From positions 1 through 35,889 of the forward strand of contig OLMU01002984.1 of assembly GCA_900291995.1 (NCBI GenBank): a stretch of 35,889 bases of DNA, written 5' to 3'. Made by a program: the position numbers and the translations under genes. Shown piece after piece: positions 33,501-35,889 of the stretch. Positions within the stretch are counted from its first letter, which is position 1. Each line of letters begins with the position of its first letter. Under the pieces are notes generated by a model. It saw only the letters and a list, made by a program, of their open reading frames with translations. It did not search any database and was not told where the DNA came from. Origin of the DNA: Licmophora abbreviata (lineage: Eukaryota).

Positions 33501-35760
33501 TTTTCAGCACCTTGTCCAATAAGTCCCACGTATTTGACAACGAAGCACCTAGTGTCCCATCTCCAACAGAGTTAGGGTCCAATGTCGACGCAAAGTTAGC
33601 CAGATTTCGGCCTGCCAGCTTCAAGATCCGTGTGTCCTCCGGGTCCATCGAAGAAGGCGGTGCGTCGACGATTTCCGCGTACGCCAAATCCACCGCTGCA
33701 TTCATGACAAGCAACGATGCATAGTTGGAAGAACGAAGTCCCGGTGCAGGCGACGTCGTCAAGGCCAGCTGAGCCAAGGGATGAAACGACATGGCCGATA
33801 TCTCATCAGGCGGCTCAACGAACTCGGCGGGTCCTTGGTCCAGATTAGACAGAAGAGGTCTTGAATTTAAGGCCGGCAGAAGTTGCGTGTACAGAAACTC
33901 CGCATTATTCTTTTTCGAAGGGTAGACCTGCATACGGAAAAGCAGCACCCAGAAAGTAGAATCCATCAGACGGCTCGCTGGAATATCCCAGACCGTCATA
34001 CCCAGCTGCTTCAGCTGCCTTCCAGTCTCTGCGTCAAAGCTTGAAGGGTGATATTCGAGACCATCTTTTCCTGTGTTCAACACCGTGAAAGAGAACTTGC
34101 TATTTCCCATATTGCGAACAATATAGAGACACAGGTGAGTGTACTCGGCCTGCTGCCATCCACCGGGAAGCACGAGCTGCTGATCCGGCTGTAGATTTTC
34201 CACCAACGACACAAAGACATTGAGAAAGTTGATGAAGAGGCCGTCCAACGCTTTTCCCGACGCACCAGCCGAGTGCGGCAAAATCGAAATGAGCTTGATA
34301 CAAGCCTCGCACGCTAAATGATTGCTATTGAGAAACTCCAATGGCGACGCCTTATTCTGAGCCCCGCGCGACAGACCGAAGCGACCGCGCCCAGACTTAC
34401 TGGCCACCTTGGTTTCCACCACCACGTGCGAAATAAAACTCAGCGCCTTTGCCAACTGCTCATACATTCCGGTCGTATCCGCCCTCTTTTCGGCGGCCAA
34501 GGGAAAGCGACGAATATACGTCTCCAGACGCATCAATGCCCAGAACGGCGGGACGCGGTAAATGGGGGAGAATTTGCGCTTCGGCAACTTCCGCTCGGAA
34601 CCCGACAAGAAATCATAAGGATTGAATGCGATGCCGCTGGCGGATGCCACGCCAACTTCCACGCTCCCGTCTGCCGACTCTGAGACTTCCACTCCGCTTG
34701 TTCCGATGCCTCCTTCGTTCGCAGACGCCGCCGCCATCCTTGCCTGCTCTCGTGCTACTTCGTCTTTCTCCTTTCGCATCTGAGCCTTGAGACGGGCTTC
34801 TTCTTGCTCTCGCTGTTTCTTGGCCTGTAGCTCCTCTTTCGACGCTGCAGCCGACTTTTGCGGTGCGTGGGCCGACCTTGGAATTACCGATGGTGGCAAT
34901 TGTTTCTTCTCGGGAGAAGACGAAATCGACGATGAAGACGATGACAAAGGGTTTTGCGATTTCGGAGATGTCGCCTTCGTAGCAGGCGCCTTCGCCTTCG
35001 CTGGAGGGACAGGCGATGCGGTGCGACTGGAGCTTGGTGAAACTCCCATGCGTGCCAGAGCTGCCGCCGCAGAATCACTCGACGCCTTTGTACTCGGAGA
35101 TGGAGGTTTTCCACTAGGAGATTTAGACTTAGTCGGCTGCGATGGAAGTGAGGCAGACGGCGAAGAAGCCAGCGGGTGCTGAGTTGTCGCGGATCGCTGT
35201 TGCACCTTCTCAGGCGTCGTTGTGGCTGACATTGCCTGCACTGGCGGGGGTCTAGCCGCTGGCGCCGGCGCCAGATCCAATCCAGCGAAAGGATCCGCTA
35301 CCACTGGCACCTGGTACTGCGGTTGTCCTCCTTGGATCGCTGGTCGGCCGGCGCCATATCCTGAATACTGCTGCTGTTGCCCCGGCTGTTGTTGAGCTCC
35401 AAAGCCAGGAGACAGCGGATGAGGTTGTTGCTGCTGAGGTGGATATCCTTGCGCGGGTGGTCCTCCAAATTGGCGCTGTGTTTGTTGTTGCTGAACCGAC
35501 GACGTAAAGGAAGCCTGTTGCATTCGCTGTTGCATGGACATGGCCTGCTGCTGCGCATGCTGCGGAATAGGCTGGGTTGCACCTCCTGAGGGCGAGACAT
35601 ACGAGGGCGGAAACCACCCCTCTCTTCCACCGTAGGATCCCCACCACCATGCCCCGGTCTGTCCATTCTTGGCGATGATCGAAGCTCCTTGTGGAAACGA
35701 AATTTGAGATTGCTTTCCATCACCCTGAAAGGCGAATTTGGCAACGAAAGAATGAACCAT
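21573..35760 (-). CDS. Giant multidomain protein (~4,535 aa): SH3, Q/P/S-rich linker, DUF3638/DUF3645 P-loop helicase-like core, poly-Glu, EF-hands, C-terminal Vps62-like domain
   Basis: Exons (minus strand) 35760-32138, 32047-29212, 29139-28672, 28587-27347, 27271-23930 (needs +1 nt near 24596-24601), 23842-23831, 23739-23713 and 23630-21573. All introns are GT..AG, 72-91 nt, and phases match. Motifs: SH3 (WWWGSYGGREGWFPPSYV), Walker A MGAGKTT, LLLDEVD, IPFVGKDIPSRASQFSHPDVVIGLT, FYDQIHTTGMDI, QGAFRMR; EF loops DADKSGGISVSE, DRDRDGLLNFFD, DKDKDGYINLDE; WEPVPPSDEFVALGF..KIWDDSGSGG. Confidence 0.85.
23713..23739 (-). other. 27-nt microexon encoding nine Glu
   Basis: GTGCAG|GAAGAAGAGGAAGAGGAAGAAGAAGAG|GTGAGT, with phase-0 introns on both sides. 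Confidence 0.8.
23831..23842 (-). other. 12-nt microexon encoding EEEE
   Basis: CCCAG|GAGGAGGAGGAA|GTAAGT, with phase-0 introns on both sides. Confidence 0.75.
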
Positions 35761-35889
35761 GATTTTCGTTCAAGTTCAGTTCCAACCAGTGAATTTGAGC
35801 CGCAATCCCGACTGAGAAGTAACTCAATAGGTGTTTGATTTCGCCAGTGCCTCCCCAAAACTCGAATGTTCAAGTTGGCGGCAATGAAG

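Noticed and set aside
35365..35560. CTG/TTG trinucleotide repeats
   Set aside because: They simply encode the Gln-rich linker after the SH3 domain.
1..35889. Prokaryotic interpretation (operons, CRISPR, defence systems, IS elements)
   Set aside because: Genes are interrupted by spliceosomal introns and encode eukaryote-specific proteins. I saw no repeat-spacer arrays or transposases.

Overview
Gene-dense eukaryotic nuclear DNA, most likely a pennate diatom. The evidence is short spliceosomal introns (mostly 60-200 nt), bipartite signal-peptide/'A-F' plastid presequences and diatom-type protein families. I can reconstruct about 14 protein-coding genes: a small 5-exon plastid-targeted protein, a standalone aspartate carbamoyltransferase, PNO1, BUD23, mitochondrial mL59/MRPL25, an Rpp14/Pop5-like protein, a patatin-like lipase, a FAIM-like-domain protein, CPSF2/CPSF100, a multi-pass membrane class-3 lipase, an F-box/Kelch protein, two hypotheticals, and a ~14.2-kb gene for a ~4,500-aa SH3 / DUF3638-DUF3645 helicase-like / EF-hand / Vps62-like protein. 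Most interesting: (i) a long, structured GC-AG intron in PNO1 holding what looks like a stop-containing cassette exon or an intronic ncRNA; (ii) two poly-Glu-only microexons and a reading-frame break at a G6 run in the giant gene; (iii) a local cluster of ribosome-biogenesis/RNA-processing genes; (iv) a recurrent TACCGGTA palindrome. No rRNA, tRNA, CRISPR or transposase was recognised. All exon structures and family calls were made by eye, without database searches.
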